Notes: generated by a model not told the origin, from the letters alone. Positions 1 through 8,821 are shown, counted from the first letter of the stretch. The stretch: DNA of 64,000 nucleotides from Candidatus Woesearchaeota archaeon (GCA_018303625.1 JAGVXV010000016.1:7317-71316), one strand, 5' to 3'. Numbers and translations are program-made.

Positions 1-462
1 TATTAAGTCATATCTGCCTGCATCCCTTAATTCTGTTGCACGATGCTGAAGCCGCCTGAATATTTCACCTTTTTCAGCTTCTTCTCCGGTTTTCTTAGTA
101 TCATCAGTATCTATATAGACCTTTAAGCCTCCCATGCCATCATTTGGGTCCTCTTTTATATCAAAGGTATAACTAGGAGGATGCATTCCTGCACGAGGAT
201 TATACATAAGAACTGCCTGCAGGATAAATTTTTCAATTCTTTTTGCTCTTTTCCCGCCTTTGTTAAGTGTCCTATAGGCATTTGAGGGTTGCACTACTTT
301 TAATAATTGCTTGTGGAGTTCTTTATATGCATTTTCTGCTAAAGAAAAATCTCTATCCTCTTCCGGCTTTTTAAATTCTTCTTCTAGTTTAGAATAAGCA
401 TCATCAGCTATATGTTCCAGCGATTTTACTTCTTTATCAGTTCCAAAAACTTTACCCATATC
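1..462 (-). CDS. Hypothetical protein, N-terminal part (ORF runs off the window start)
   Basis: Open minus-strand frame from ATG (rc of cat at ~460-462) to position 1 without stop. Translation begins MGKVFGTDKEVKSLEHIADDAYSKLEEEFKK...; no family recognised. Confidence 0.35.
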
Positions 463-713
463 GACTGATAAAAAGGAGGTATATTTAAACTTTCCTTTTG
501 TTATCACTATAAAATAAATATTATAAAAATCGCAACATATTTAAACAAAATCCTATTCCTTTTTCATACCAATGAAGAAATGAAGGTCAGTGATTTTAAA
601 TTCCGCGATATTAAACACGAAGTGTTTATGGCTTTTTCGGAATTTATGGCTTGCTGGTCTGATTGAGGTAAGTATTTCTTGGTTTTACCTCACTACGATA
701 ATTAACAACAAAG

Positions 714-1076
714 GTGAAGAAAATGGCTTTAGAGGAATTGTCAAAAGACATGGTTGAAAAGGTTTACGAGGCTGTTGAGGTAGCAAAAGCAACAGGAAAG
801 ATAAGGAAGGGCACGAATGAGGCAACAAAGGCCCTGGAGAAAGGAACTGCAAAGCTTGTTGTCATAGCGAAAGACGTGAGCCCTCCGGAAATAACAATGC
901 ATATCCCTTTGCTTGCAGAGGAAAAAAACGTTGTATGCGTCCAGGTTCCAAGCAAGGAAGAGCTGGGGGCAGCAGCTGGAATTGACAAAGGCGCTGCGAG
1001 CATAGCAATTGTGCAGGAAGGCGAAGCAAAGGAAGTATTGAAGGAAATAATACAAAAAGCGGGCAAGAAAGAATAA
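714..1076 (+). CDS. rpl7ae: Ribosomal protein L7Ae (also the C/D and H/ACA sRNP K-turn binder)
   Basis: 120 aa; ...[22 protein letters not shown]...[12 protein letters not shown]... is typical L7Ae/L30e fold; heads the conserved L7Ae-S28e-L24e-NDK cluster. Confidence 0.9.
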   Translation: MKKMALEELSKDMVEKVYEAVEVAKATGKIRKGTNEATKALEKGTAKLVVIAKDVSPPEITMHIPLLAEEKNVVCVQVPSKEELGAAAGIDKGAASIAIVQEGEAKEVLKEIIQKAGKKE

Positions 1077-1078
1077 AA

Positions 1079-1399
1079 ATGACTAAAGGAAAAAAGATGG
1101 TTAAGAAGGATGAGCAGCCCGCAGGCCAGCCTGCAAGGCAGCAGCAGCCCCAGCAGGAGAGAAAAGGCACTGTCAATTTCTCATTCGCGACTCCTGCAAA
1201 AGTGGAAGAAGTCATTGGAAGAACAGGCACTAGGGGAGAAGCCATACAGGTAAGGTGCAGGGTTTTGGACGGCCGCGACAAAAATAAGGTACTAAGGAGA
1301 AATGTCAGGGGCCCTATGCAGGTAGGAGATATATTAATGCTGAGAGAAACGGAAATCGAGGCAAGGCAGCTCGAAAGAGGCGGCAGGGGTGTTGGATAA
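1079..1399 (+). CDS. rps28e: Ribosomal protein S28e (with Q-rich N-terminal extension)
   Basis: Core ...[26 protein letters not shown]...MLRETE matches S28e; position after L7Ae. Confidence 0.85.
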   Translation: MTKGKKMVKKDEQPAGQPARQQQPQQERKGTVNFSFATPAKVEEVIGRTGTRGEAIQVRCRVLDGRDKNKVLRRNVRGPMQVGDILMLRETEIEARQLERGGRGVG

Positions 1400-1584
1400 T
1401 GGCAAAATGCACTTTTTGCGGCAACAACCTTAAGAGAGGAACAGGGAAGATGTACGTGCAGAAAGACGCAAAAATACTGTATTTCTGCTCGATGAAATGC
1501 GAAAAAAACATGCTGAAGCTGAAAAGAAAGCCCATTACCACAAAATGGAGCTCAAGATATGAAAAGCAAAGGAAAAAAGAGTAA
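1399..1584 (+). CDS. rpl24e: Ribosomal protein L24e
   Basis: 61 aa, C-x2-C zinc-ribbon start [20 protein letters not shown]; conserved position. Confidence 0.85.
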   Translation: MAKCTFCGNNLKRGTGKMYVQKDAKILYFCSMKCEKNMLKLKRKPITTKWSSRYEKQRKKE

Positions 1585-1585
1585 T

Positions 1586-2086
1586 ATGGCAGCCGAACAA
1601 ACTCTGGTTTTGATAAAGCCTGACGGCCTGATAAAAGGATTGACAGGAAACATACTTACAGCGCTTTCTGATGCCGGCCTTATCATAGTAGGCTCAAAAG
1701 TCGTCCAGGTAACTCGCGAATTGGCAGAGGAGCATTACCAGCATTTAAGGGAAGAGAAATTTTTTGACGAGTTGATAAATTACATAATGGGCGAATACCA
1801 TGTAAAAAGGATTCTTGCATTGGTTTATCATGGTGAAAATGCAATAAAAAAGGTAAGAAAGGTTGTAGGCGCGACTAACCCTGAAGAAGCAGAGCCGACC
1901 TCGATAAGAGGGAAGTATGGAAGGATAACAACAAAAGGCGTTTTTGAGAATGTCGTGCATGCCTCGGAAAACCCAAAAGAGGCGGAAAGGGAGATCAAAT
2001 TATGGTTCAGGCCTTCTGAATTAGTGCATACAATATACCCTACAGAGACAAAAAAAATCACAAAATCTGAAGTTTTCTGGAAGTAA
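1586..2086 (+). CDS. ndk: Nucleoside diphosphate kinase
   Basis: LVLIKPDG..., NVVHASENP (active-site His). Start moved to ATG at 1586 just after the L24e stop; track ORF 1559 overlaps rpl24e. Confidence 0.85.
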   Translation: MAAEQTLVLIKPDGLIKGLTGNILTALSDAGLIIVGSKVVQVTRELAEEHYQHLREEKFFDELINYIMGEYHVKRILALVYHGENAIKKVRKVVGATNPEEAEPTSIRGKYGRITTKGVFENVVHASENPKEAEREIKLWFRPSELVHTIYPTETKKITKSEVFWK

Positions 2087-2087
2087 A

Positions 2088-4262
2088 ATGGCAGAAAAGA
2101 TGGTTGACAGGGTAATGAGGATTATGAAGATTCCCAATCATATCAGGAATATCGCCATTTGCGCCCATATAGACCACGGCAAAACAACTTTTTCCGATAA
2201 TCTGCTGGCAGGAGCCGGAATGATGTCAAAGGAGGATGCCGGCAAAGCCCTGAAGCTTGATTTCCATGCAGACGAGCAGGAAAGAGGCATTACAATAGAC
2301 ACAGCGGCAGTGAGCATGGTCCATAATATCGGCAGCGAGGAATATCTCGTCAATTTGCTCGACACGCCGGGCCACGTTGATTTTGGAGGGGATGTAACAA
2401 GGGCTATGCGTGCAGCAGACGGCGCAATTGTTTTGGTTGATGCTGTAGAAAGCATAATGCCCCAGACAGAAACAGTTTTGAGGCAGGCCTTGCGCGAATT
2501 AGTAAAACCAACTTTATTCATCAACAAAGTTGACCGCTTAATTAAAGAATTGCAGCTAACGCCGGAGCAGATGCAGGAAAGGTTTGTAAAAATCATAACT
2601 TCTGTGAACAGGTTTATCAAAGAGATTGCGCCCAAAGGCTATGGCGAAAAATGGCAGGTAAATGTCCAGGACGGCTCTGTATGCTTTGGAAGCGCGTACC
2701 ATAAATGGGCCTTGTCAGTGCCTTACATGCAGAAAAAAAGCATAACATTCAAAGATGTAATTGAGTATTACCAGGAAGGCGAGAGGTACAAAGAGCTTGC
2801 TGATAAAGCCCCCTTGCATGAAGTTGTCCTGAACATGGTTGTGGGCCATCTGCCAAATCCGCAGGATGCGCAAAAATACAGGATTCCTAAGATATGGCAT
2901 GGGGAGCATGAAAGCGAAGACGGCAAAGCTTTGCTTAACTGCGACCCAAACGGCAACTTGTTCTTTGTCATAACCAAGATTGTAATTGACCCTCAGGCCG
3001 GCGAGATTTCTGCAGGAAGGCTGTTTTCAGGGACAATGAAAAAAGGCCTTGATGTATATTTGAACAGGATGAAGCAGCAAAGCAAGATACAGCAGGTGTT
3101 CATCTACAACGGGGCAAAAAGGGAAATTGTTGACAGCGCGCCCGCAGGCAACATTATAGGAGTAGCAGGAGTAAAAAGCTATGCAGGCGAAACAATAACA
3201 TTGACCCAGACAGAGCCATTTGAAAAAATAACGCATATTTTTGATCCTGTTGTCACAAAGGCCATTGAAGCAAAAAAGCCGAGCGAGCTGCCAAAATTAA
3301 TTGAGGTTTTAAAGCAGGTAGGGAAAGAGGATCCTACAATACAGATTGAGATTGATGAAGAGACAGGAGAGCATTTGATGCACGGCATGGGAGAGCTTCA
3401 CCTGGAAGTTATTGAAAACAGGATAAGGACTGAAAAAGGCGTTGATGTTCAAACAAGCCCGCCGATTGTTGTTTATAGAGAAACAATAACAAAGCCGGGG
3501 CAGGAGGCAATGGGCAAAACGCCAAACAAGCATAATCACCTGTTTTTTAAAGTAGAGCCATTGGATGATGCAACTTACGAAGCGATTAAAAAAGGCGAGA
3601 TTCAGGAAACAAGAATAAAAAAGAAAGACTTGTCTTTAAGGGACAAGCTGGTTGAATGCGGGTGGGACAGCAAAGAAGCATTAAAGATAAAGGACATTTA
3701 CAAGGGCAATATTCTTGTCGACGGCACAAGGGGCCAGGTTCATGTCGGCGAGATTATTGACATGATCCTTGACATGTTTGAGGATGTCATGTCAGCAGGG
3801 CCTATTGTAAAAGAGCCGTGCATCAAGGCAAAGGTCATCTTGACTGATATGAAGCTGCATGAAGATGCCATACATCGCGGCCCTGCGCAGGTTTATCCTG
3901 CGGTGAGGGAAGGAATCAGGGGAACCTTTATGACTGCAAGGCCTTTAATCTACGAGCCTTTGCAGATATTGCAGATAGAAGCTCCCGCGGATTTTTTAGG
4001 AGAAATATCAAAGCTGATAAGCAACAAAAGGGGCCAGCTGCTTGATGCGCAGCAGGAAGGCAATACAATCATTATAAAAGCCAAGATGCCTGTTGCGGAA
4101 ATGTTCGGCTGGAGCTCTGACTTAAGAAGCTCAACAAGCGGAAGAGGCTCTTCTTCTTTGATAGATCAAATGTTTGAAAAATTGCCTGAAGAACTGCAGG
4201 ACAGGGTAATAAAGCAGATAAGGGACAGGAAGGGCCTGACAGAGGCGCAGGTCGGGGTTTGA
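2088..4262 (+). CDS. fusA: Translation elongation factor 2 (aEF-2)
   Basis: 724 aa; GTPase G1 AHIDHGKTT; diphthamide-site HRGPAQ near C-terminus; length fits aEF-2 rather than aIF5B. Confidence 0.9.
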   Translation: MAEKMVDRVMRIMKIPNHIRNIAICAHIDHGKTTFSDNLLAGAGMMSKEDAGKALKLDFHADEQERGITIDTAAVSMVHNIGSEEYLVNLLDTPGHVDFGGDVTRAMRAADGAIVLVDAVESIMPQTETVLRQALRELVKPTLFINKVDRLIKELQLTPEQMQERFVKIITSVNRFIKEIAPKGYGEKWQVNVQDGSVCFGSAYHKWALSVPYMQKKSITFKDVIEYYQEGERYKELADKAPLHEVVLNMVVGHLPNPQDAQKYRIPKIWHGEHESEDGKALLNCDPNGNLFFVITKIVIDPQAGEISAGRLFSGTMKKGLDVYLNRMKQQSKIQQVFIYNGAKREIVDSAPAGNIIGVAGVKSYAGETITLTQTEPFEKITHIFDPVVTKAIEAKKPSELPKLIEVLKQVGKEDPTIQIEIDEETGEHLMHGMGELHLEVIENRIRTEKGVDVQTSPPIVVYRETITKPGQEAMGKTPNKHNHLFFKVEPLDDATYEAIKKGEIQETRIKKKDLSLRDKLVECGWDSKEALKIKDIYKGNILVDGTRGQVHVGEIIDMILDMFEDVMSAGPIVKEPCIKAKVILTDMKLHEDAIHRGPAQVYPAVREGIRGTFMTARPLIYEPLQILQIEAPADFLGEISKLISNKRGQLLDAQQEGNTIIIKAKMPVAEMFGWSSDLRSSTSGRGSSSLIDQMFEKLPEELQDRVIKQIRDRKGLTEAQVGV

Positions 4263-4342
4263 AAACATAACCTTTATAAATATCCATCTATTCCCAAGAA
4301 CTCCAAAAATTATTGCAAAAAACACAAAATCATGGTGGTAAA

Positions 4343-5629
4343 ATGGCTAAAGGAAAAGTTCATATAAACCTGGTATTTATGGGCCATGTTGATCATGGCA
4401 AAAGCACTACAGTAGGAAGACTTCTTTACGATTCAGGCACTGTTTCCGAGCAGGAAATGAGAAAGCTGAAGGAAAAGGCTGAAGAGCTTGGAAAAGGCGG
4501 CTTTGAATTTGCCTTCGTCATGGACAACCTTAAAGAGGAGAGGGAGAGAGGTTTAACAATAGATTTGGCGCATAAGAAATTTGAAACGCCAAAATATTAC
4601 TTTACAATAATTGATGCCCCGGGGCACAAGGATTTCATTAAAAACATGATTACCGGCGCTGCCCAGGCAGATGCAGGAGTTCTTGTTGTGAGCGCGAATC
4701 CAGGAGATGGAATACAGGCTCAAACAAAGGAGCACGTTTTCCTGGCAAGGACACTGGGAGTAAACCAGCTTATGATTGCAGTAAACAAGATGGATATGGC
4801 AAAGTATGACCAAAAGAGATTTGAGCAGCTAAAAGCCGAAGTTTCAACATTATTGCAAAGTGTCGGCTATAAGCCTCAGGAAATACCATTTATACCAATA
4901 GCATCTTTGCACGGCGACAATGTAGTTAAAAAATCAGCAAACATGCCTTGGTATACCGGCGGCACACTGTTGGAAAATTTTGATAAGCTAAAAGAGCCTG
5001 AAAAGCCGACAAATTTGCCTTTAAGGCTGCCTATACAGGATGTTTATAACATAACAGGCATAGGAGTTGTTCCTGTAGGAAGAGTCGAGACAGGGATAAT
5101 GAAGATTAATGATAAGGTCATAGTTGTGCCAGCAAGGGAAGGAAAAGGAATTGCCGGGGAAGTCAAGACAATAGAGATGCACCATGAGCAGATGCAGCAG
5201 GCCGAGCCGGGAGACAACATAGGCTTCAACGTAAGAGGCATAAACAAAAAGGATATTGCAAGAGGAGATGTTTTAGGGCATGCTGACAAGGCTCCTACTG
5301 TCGCAGTGGAATTTACCGCTCAGCTGGTTGTTTTGAACCATCCCAGTGTTATTACAGTTGGCTACACGCCTGTTTTCCACGTGCATACCGCGCAGGTTGC
5401 ATGCCAAATCACTGAGATTGTGAAGAAACTTGACACAAGGACTGGCCAGACATTGCAGGAAAAGCCGGACTTCATAAAAAATGGGGACGCGGCTATAGTC
5501 AAGGTAAAGCCTGTACAGCCGCTGGTTATTGAAAAGCAGAACGAGATTCCCCAGCTTGCAAGGTTTGCAGTAAGGGACTCCGGAACAACAGTAGCAGCGG
5601 GAATGTGCATAGATCTTGTAAAGAAATAA
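4343..5629 (+). CDS. tuf: Translation elongation factor 1-alpha (aEF-1alpha)
   Basis: [21 protein letters not shown] GTPase motifs; start set at MAKGK (4343) preceded by GGTGGT SD-like tract; track ORF begins 4313. Confidence 0.9.
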   Translation: MAKGKVHINLVFMGHVDHGKSTTVGRLLYDSGTVSEQEMRKLKEKAEELGKGGFEFAFVMDNLKEERERGLTIDLAHKKFETPKYYFTIIDAPGHKDFIKNMITGAAQADAGVLVVSANPGDGIQAQTKEHVFLARTLGVNQLMIAVNKMDMAKYDQKRFEQLKAEVSTLLQSVGYKPQEIPFIPIASLHGDNVVKKSANMPWYTGGTLLENFDKLKEPEKPTNLPLRLPIQDVYNITGIGVVPVGRVETGIMKINDKVIVVPAREGKGIAGEVKTIEMHHEQMQQAEPGDNIGFNVRGINKKDIARGDVLGHADKAPTVAVEFTAQLVVLNHPSVITVGYTPVFHVHTAQVACQITEIVKKLDTRTGQTLQEKPDFIKNGDAAIVKVKPVQPLVIEKQNEIPQLARFAVRDSGTTVAAGMCIDLVKK

Positions 5630-5707
5630 TCCTAACTTTTTATTTTACCCTCGTCTCGAGGATCATGGTTAGTTTATGCTCATCATGAGGCAAACCCGGG
5701 TGTTAAA

Positions 5708-6016
5708 ATGCAGAAAGCGAGAATAAAGCTGGTAAGTGTGGACATAAGCAAGATTAATGATGTGTGCAGTTACATTAAGGATATAGCTGAAAAAACCGGG
5801 GTTGACATGAGGGGCCCGATACCCTTGCCGACAAAAAGGCTGAAAGTCACGACAAGAAAAAGCCCGGATGGCGAAGGGACTGCAACCTGGGAAAGATACG
5901 AGATGAGAATCCACAAAAGGCTTATTGATTTGGGCCTGGATGAAAGGGCCTTAAGGCTTGTTATGAGGGTGCCTATTCCTGAGGGCTTGAACATTGAGAT
6001 TGAGATGATTGAGTAG
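5708..6016 (+). CDS. rps10: Ribosomal protein S10
   Basis: 102 aa, [12 protein letters not shown]...[10 protein letters not shown]...HKRLIDL pattern of S10/S20e; follows EF-1alpha as in archaeal str-like clusters. Confidence 0.9.
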   Translation: MQKARIKLVSVDISKINDVCSYIKDIAEKTGVDMRGPIPLPTKRLKVTTRKSPDGEGTATWERYEMRIHKRLIDLGLDERALRLVMRVPIPEGLNIEIEMIE

Positions 6017-6095
6017 TTTTTTCTAAATTGAATTTATGTTGAACTCGTCTTCGGAAAATATGTATTTTTCTATATAGTTTTATTCTTCAATATGC

Positions 6096-6235
6096 TACGC
6101 AAATCTAGTGCTCGGCATTTTTTGACTGACACTAAAAAATGCCTCGCCTACTTATTCATTATTATTGAATGAATTTCGAGGCGAAATTTAGTGGCAGGAC
6201 AAATTTCGCCGAGTGTAAACAGGGTGAGCGTAGCG
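6096..6235. repeat. Inverted duplication of a ~65-nt GC-rich unit (GGCGAGG..GCCGAGCACTAG..) forming a long imperfect palindrome; third copy at 16231-16297
   Basis: Outer arms gctacgc(6096-6102)/gcgtagc(6229-6235), inner ctcggc/gccgag and cctcgcc/ggcgagg pairs, palindromic centre ttcattattattgaatgaa. Shares TGGCAGGA, GCCGAG, GTGAGC, GCGAAC blocks with 16231-16297. Confidence 0.55.
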
Positions 6236-6338
6236 AACATGTTTAATTTTCTTTTAAGTTAATATTGCAAAAAAATCAGCAAAGTTTTTAAACACCTACT
6301 TCCAGAGACAGCTAAATCAAAAAAAGGAGGTGTAAGCT

Positions 6339-6551
6339 ATGTGCGTATGCAAAAAGTGCACGAGCATGTGCGGCGTTCTGCTTTTGGCGTTGGGTGTAGT
6401 TTTTCTGCTGAGGGACGTAGGCATATGGGACTTCTGGAACATCCAGGGGTGGACAGCATTGTTCCTTCTTGTTGGCGTTGCCGCTTTAGGCTCTTCAAAA
6501 TGCCCTGACTGCCAAGCCATGAAAGGGGCAGTGATGAGTAAGAAAAAATAA
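6339..6551 (+). CDS. Small membrane protein with two CxxC pairs
   Basis: 70 aa, strong SD AAAGGAGGTG 7 nt upstream; CKKC...CPDC flanking two hydrophobic helices. Confidence 0.45.
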   Translation: MCVCKKCTSMCGVLLLALGVVFLLRDVGIWDFWNIQGWTALFLLVGVAALGSSKCPDCQAMKGAVMSKKK

Positions 6552-6585
6552 GCCATTTCTTTTTTATTTTTCTTTTATTTCTAAA

Positions 6586-6594
6586 GTTTTATAA
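6586..6594 (+). promoter_or_regulatory. TATA-like box (ttttataaa) ~27 nt upstream of the 6620 RNA 5' end
   Basis: Archaeal TATA consensus at the expected distance from the start of the tRNA-like RNA. Confidence 0.4.
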
Positions 6595-6619
6595 ACATCT
6601 TGAAAATACAAGGCCCTAT

Positions 6620-6797
6620 GCCGGGATCGCATAACTCGGTATTGCACAGATCCTTTTGGAGTGTAAGCCTGGAATTATGCGAACAGCTCAGCCTGGCCCG
6701 AAAGGGCATCTGGGTTCAAAAAGCGCCTTGCTTTGGCATAGAGCTTTGCTTGTTGCCTGACTTAACACAAGGCGCCTTGAAAGTCCCAGTCCCGGCG
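6620..6797 (+). ncRNA. tRNA-like structured RNA, unassigned (candidate multi-intron class-II tRNA, or tRNA-derived RNA)
   Basis: 5' half GCCGGGA-TC-GCAT-AACTCGGTA-TTGC is near-identical to the D-arm of tRNA-Ser(CGA) at 8693. 3' end has a variable-arm-like GCCC-GAAA-GGGC, T-stem CTGGG, TTCAAAA..[~60 nt]..GAAAGT CCCAG, acceptor TCCCGGC, discriminator G, then T9 terminator. A canonical anticodon arm could not be resolved by eye. Confidence 0.45.
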
Positions 6798-6806
6798 TTT
6801 TTTTTA
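6798..6806 (+). terminator. Oligo-T archaeal terminator after the tRNA-like RNA
   Basis: ttttttttt immediately after the 3' acceptor strand. Confidence 0.5.
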
Positions 6807-6839
6807 ATTTTTAGGAAAGTTATTAGAGGGTTGGTGAAT

Positions 6840-7499
6840 ATGGAAACTAAAAAAATGAAAACAATTTTATTTTTGCTTCCTACATACAAATATATCAGCT
6901 CCAGATGTTTTGTATGCTTTTCTAAATTCTTTTTCAATATAAAAAAACATTACAATGTGAAAATGAGTTTGTGCGAGGGAATGTATATCACATTAGCAAG
7001 GAATAATCTCTCCGAGAAGTATACAAGCCTTGACGAACAACAAAAAAAGGAGATTGATTTGGTAGTATGGATGGATGATGATGTTGTATTTGGCATGCAG
7101 CAGGTTATAGGCCTAATAGAAAAATTTGAAAGCACGGGATTAGATATGCTAAGTGCATTATGCTTTTCCAGGTATAATAAAGAGCCCATGGCGTATACTT
7201 TTGACTTTAAAGAAAAAAGGCCGATAATACCATTGGAAAATATCCGCAATACGGGCATTGTTAAATGCGATGCTGCTGGTTTCGGTTTCTTGGTTATGAA
7301 ACCCGAAGTCCTTGACAAGATGCATGCCTCATTAGGCAAATGGATGTTTAAGACGCCTGTTATGCCCCATGAAGAATTCAAAGAAGGAATCTATATTGGA
7401 GAAGACATCTATTTTTATATGAAAGCAAAAGAATTAGGGATTACTATGGGTGTGGATACAGACATAATTATCGGGCATGATGGAGGGGTTATAGAGTAA
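6840..7499 (+). CDS. Putative glycosyltransferase (DxD-type)
   Basis: Start reset to METKK (GGTTGGTGA SD-like upstream) because the 6600 extension overlaps the ncRNA; VVWMDDDVVF DxD-like motif; GT-A-like composition. Confidence 0.5.
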   Translation: METKKMKTILFLLPTYKYISSRCFVCFSKFFFNIKKHYNVKMSLCEGMYITLARNNLSEKYTSLDEQQKKEIDLVVWMDDDVVFGMQQVIGLIEKFESTGLDMLSALCFSRYNKEPMAYTFDFKEKRPIIPLENIRNTGIVKCDAAGFGFLVMKPEVLDKMHASLGKWMFKTPVMPHEEFKEGIYIGEDIYFYMKAKELGITMGVDTDIIIGHDGGVIE

Positions 7500-7614
7500 T
7501 GGGTGTATAGGGAAAATCTAATCCGTTTTTCCATTTTTTAAATGTCCCAGCGTTTAATATTTCAATTTAGTAAGTAGAATAAGCTTTTTAAATTGGGGAT
7601 AATTCTCATTAAAT

Positions 7615-7884
7615 ATGGAGTTAGAGAATATAGTTTTTTATGGTGGATTAAAATTTGATGAGGGTGGTACAAGCAAAAGGGATAATACAAGACCTTATCT
7701 GATGACTCCAGAGGAGCTCCTCACAGGAAGAAAGCCGAAAAAGACATTTAGCGAAAGTCTTGGAGAAAATGTGATTGAGCCATTTCTAAGTGGGGTAGAT
7801 TATTTAGCCAAGAGAGGATATTTTGGCCAAAGACTAAAAGGATTCTTTGAAAGAGTTGAAAAAGCAGCAAAAGAGATAGAATAA
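7615..7884 (+). CDS. Hypothetical protein (89 aa)
   Basis: Intact ORF, no recognisable family. Confidence 0.35.
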   Translation: MELENIVFYGGLKFDEGGTSKRDNTRPYLMTPEELLTGRKPKKTFSESLGENVIEPFLSGVDYLAKRGYFGQRLKGFFERVEKAAKEIE

Positions 7885-7928
7885 TCTTAATAATATTTAT
7901 AAATGAATGTTATGTTCTTGGTCTCCTT

Positions 7929-8097
7929 GCTCCCGTGGTGTAGCCCGGCAGCCTTTTTGGCTGGGCAAACAATCATTCGGCCCTCTCGTGTGGCAAACCA
8001 TAAATCGCTTTGCGATTTAAAATCACTGAAGAAAGGCCGAGACCCGAGTTCAAAGAAGCTAAAAGCTATTTTAGCATTGGAAGTCTCGGCGGGAGCA
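7929..8097 (+). tRNA. tRNA-Glu(CUC) with three insertions (D-loop, anticodon 37/38, T-loop)
   Basis: GCTCCCG-TG-GTGTAGCCCGG[~21 nt]CAATCAT-T-CGGCC-CTCTCG[45-nt intron 7989-8033]A-GGCCG-AGAC-CCGAG-TTCAA[~27 nt]AGT-CTCGG-CGGGAGC-A; Glu/Asp-type D-arm; followed by T7. Confidence 0.6.
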
Positions 8098-8153
8098 TTT
8101 TTTTGTTTTTTACATAAAAAAATTTAAATAATCCTAATCCTAAAAATAATAAA

Positions 8154-8264
8154 ATGCAGATTTCTGAATTAAAGTGCGGAAGATGCGATGCTCTGCTTAT
8201 AGAAAGGCACTGCAAATTAGTCTGCCTGAACTGCGGGCTTATTGAGGATTGCTCTGACCATTAA
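8154..8264 (+). CDS. 36-aa zinc-ribbon mini-protein (CxxC...CxxC)
   Basis: MQISELKCGRCDALLIERHCKLVCLNCGLIEDCSDH; below the ORF-track size cutoff; speculative. Confidence 0.3.
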   Translation: MQISELKCGRCDALLIERHCKLVCLNCGLIEDCSDH

Positions 8265-8572
8265 ATCCATATCTTTCTGGAGAATGAGTAATACCAAGCA
8301 ATGTATTTTCCCTCGCGCTCTTCTACTTCCCCCAGATAATAACCCCTTATAACTGAAAAGAGTTCTTTCCCTACTTTATGAATTTCGAATGGGACTCCTC
8401 TTGGCAATATTGTATACCCATTTCCATGCCTTGTGATCACATTTAATGGAGTAACTAGTGCTCTTAGATTTCTTTTATCAAAAACATAGTTTAAAAGTGG
8501 TATATGTTTAGTATCAATCCCGTGTTCAGAGTCTTCATTTGCAATTTTTGTCAATTCAGCTGGTTGGGGCAT
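8261..8572 (-). CDS. Hypothetical protein (103 aa)
   Basis: Intact ORF between two tRNA genes; no family recognised. Confidence 0.4.
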   Translation of the reverse strand: MPQPAELTKIANEDSEHGIDTKHIPLLNYVFDKRNLRALVTPLNVITRHGNGYTILPRGVPFEIHKVGKELFSVIRGYYLGEVEEREGKYIAWYYSFSRKIWI

Positions 8573-8692
8573 ATCATAAGATTTGAATATTTAAGTATAT
8601 AAATCTTTCTATTTTTAACCACTTTATAATGGTTAATTTTATAAAAACAATTACAAATAAGCTTTTAAAACAAAATGAATTACTTATATCGT

Positions 8693-8821
8693 GCCACGGT
8701 CGCATAACCCGGTAGTGCGGCAGTCTCGAAGCTTCAGGCTATGCATGATGTCCGCGAAATCGCAGATTTCGAGCTAACTGCTGTCCGCAAGGACTTCTCG
8801 GTTCAAATCCGAGCCGTGGCG
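8693..8821 (+). tRNA. tRNA-Ser(CGA), class II, with canonical 37/38 intron (~45 nt)
   Basis: GCCACGG-TC-GCAT-AACCCGGTA-GTGC-G-GCAGT-CTCGAA[intron, helix CTCGAA/TTCGAG]A-ACTGC-T-GTCC-GCAA-GGAC-TT-CTCGG-TTCAAAT-CCGAG-CCGTGGC-G. Confidence 0.7.

Noticed and set aside
2138-5610. Multiple 60-165-aa minus-strand ORFs inside fusA/tuf
   Set aside because: Antisense frames of highly conserved elongation-factor genes.
6620-6797. Idea that the tRNA-like RNA is the SRP (7S) RNA or RNase P RNA
   Set aside because: At 178 nt it is too short. It lacks the G-rich helix-8/GNAR features I would expect. Its termini and T-arm match the tRNA family in this window; kept as unassigned tRNA-like instead.
6600-6839. 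N-terminal 80 codons of track ORF 6600-7499
   Set aside because: Overlaps the TATA-to-terminator unit of the 6620-6797 tRNA-like RNA; the downstream ATG at 6840 has its own SD-like tract.
7903-8127. 74-aa ORF on the plus strand
   Set aside because: Lies entirely within the tRNA-Glu(CUC) gene and its introns; the tRNA-like termini and terminator explain the region.
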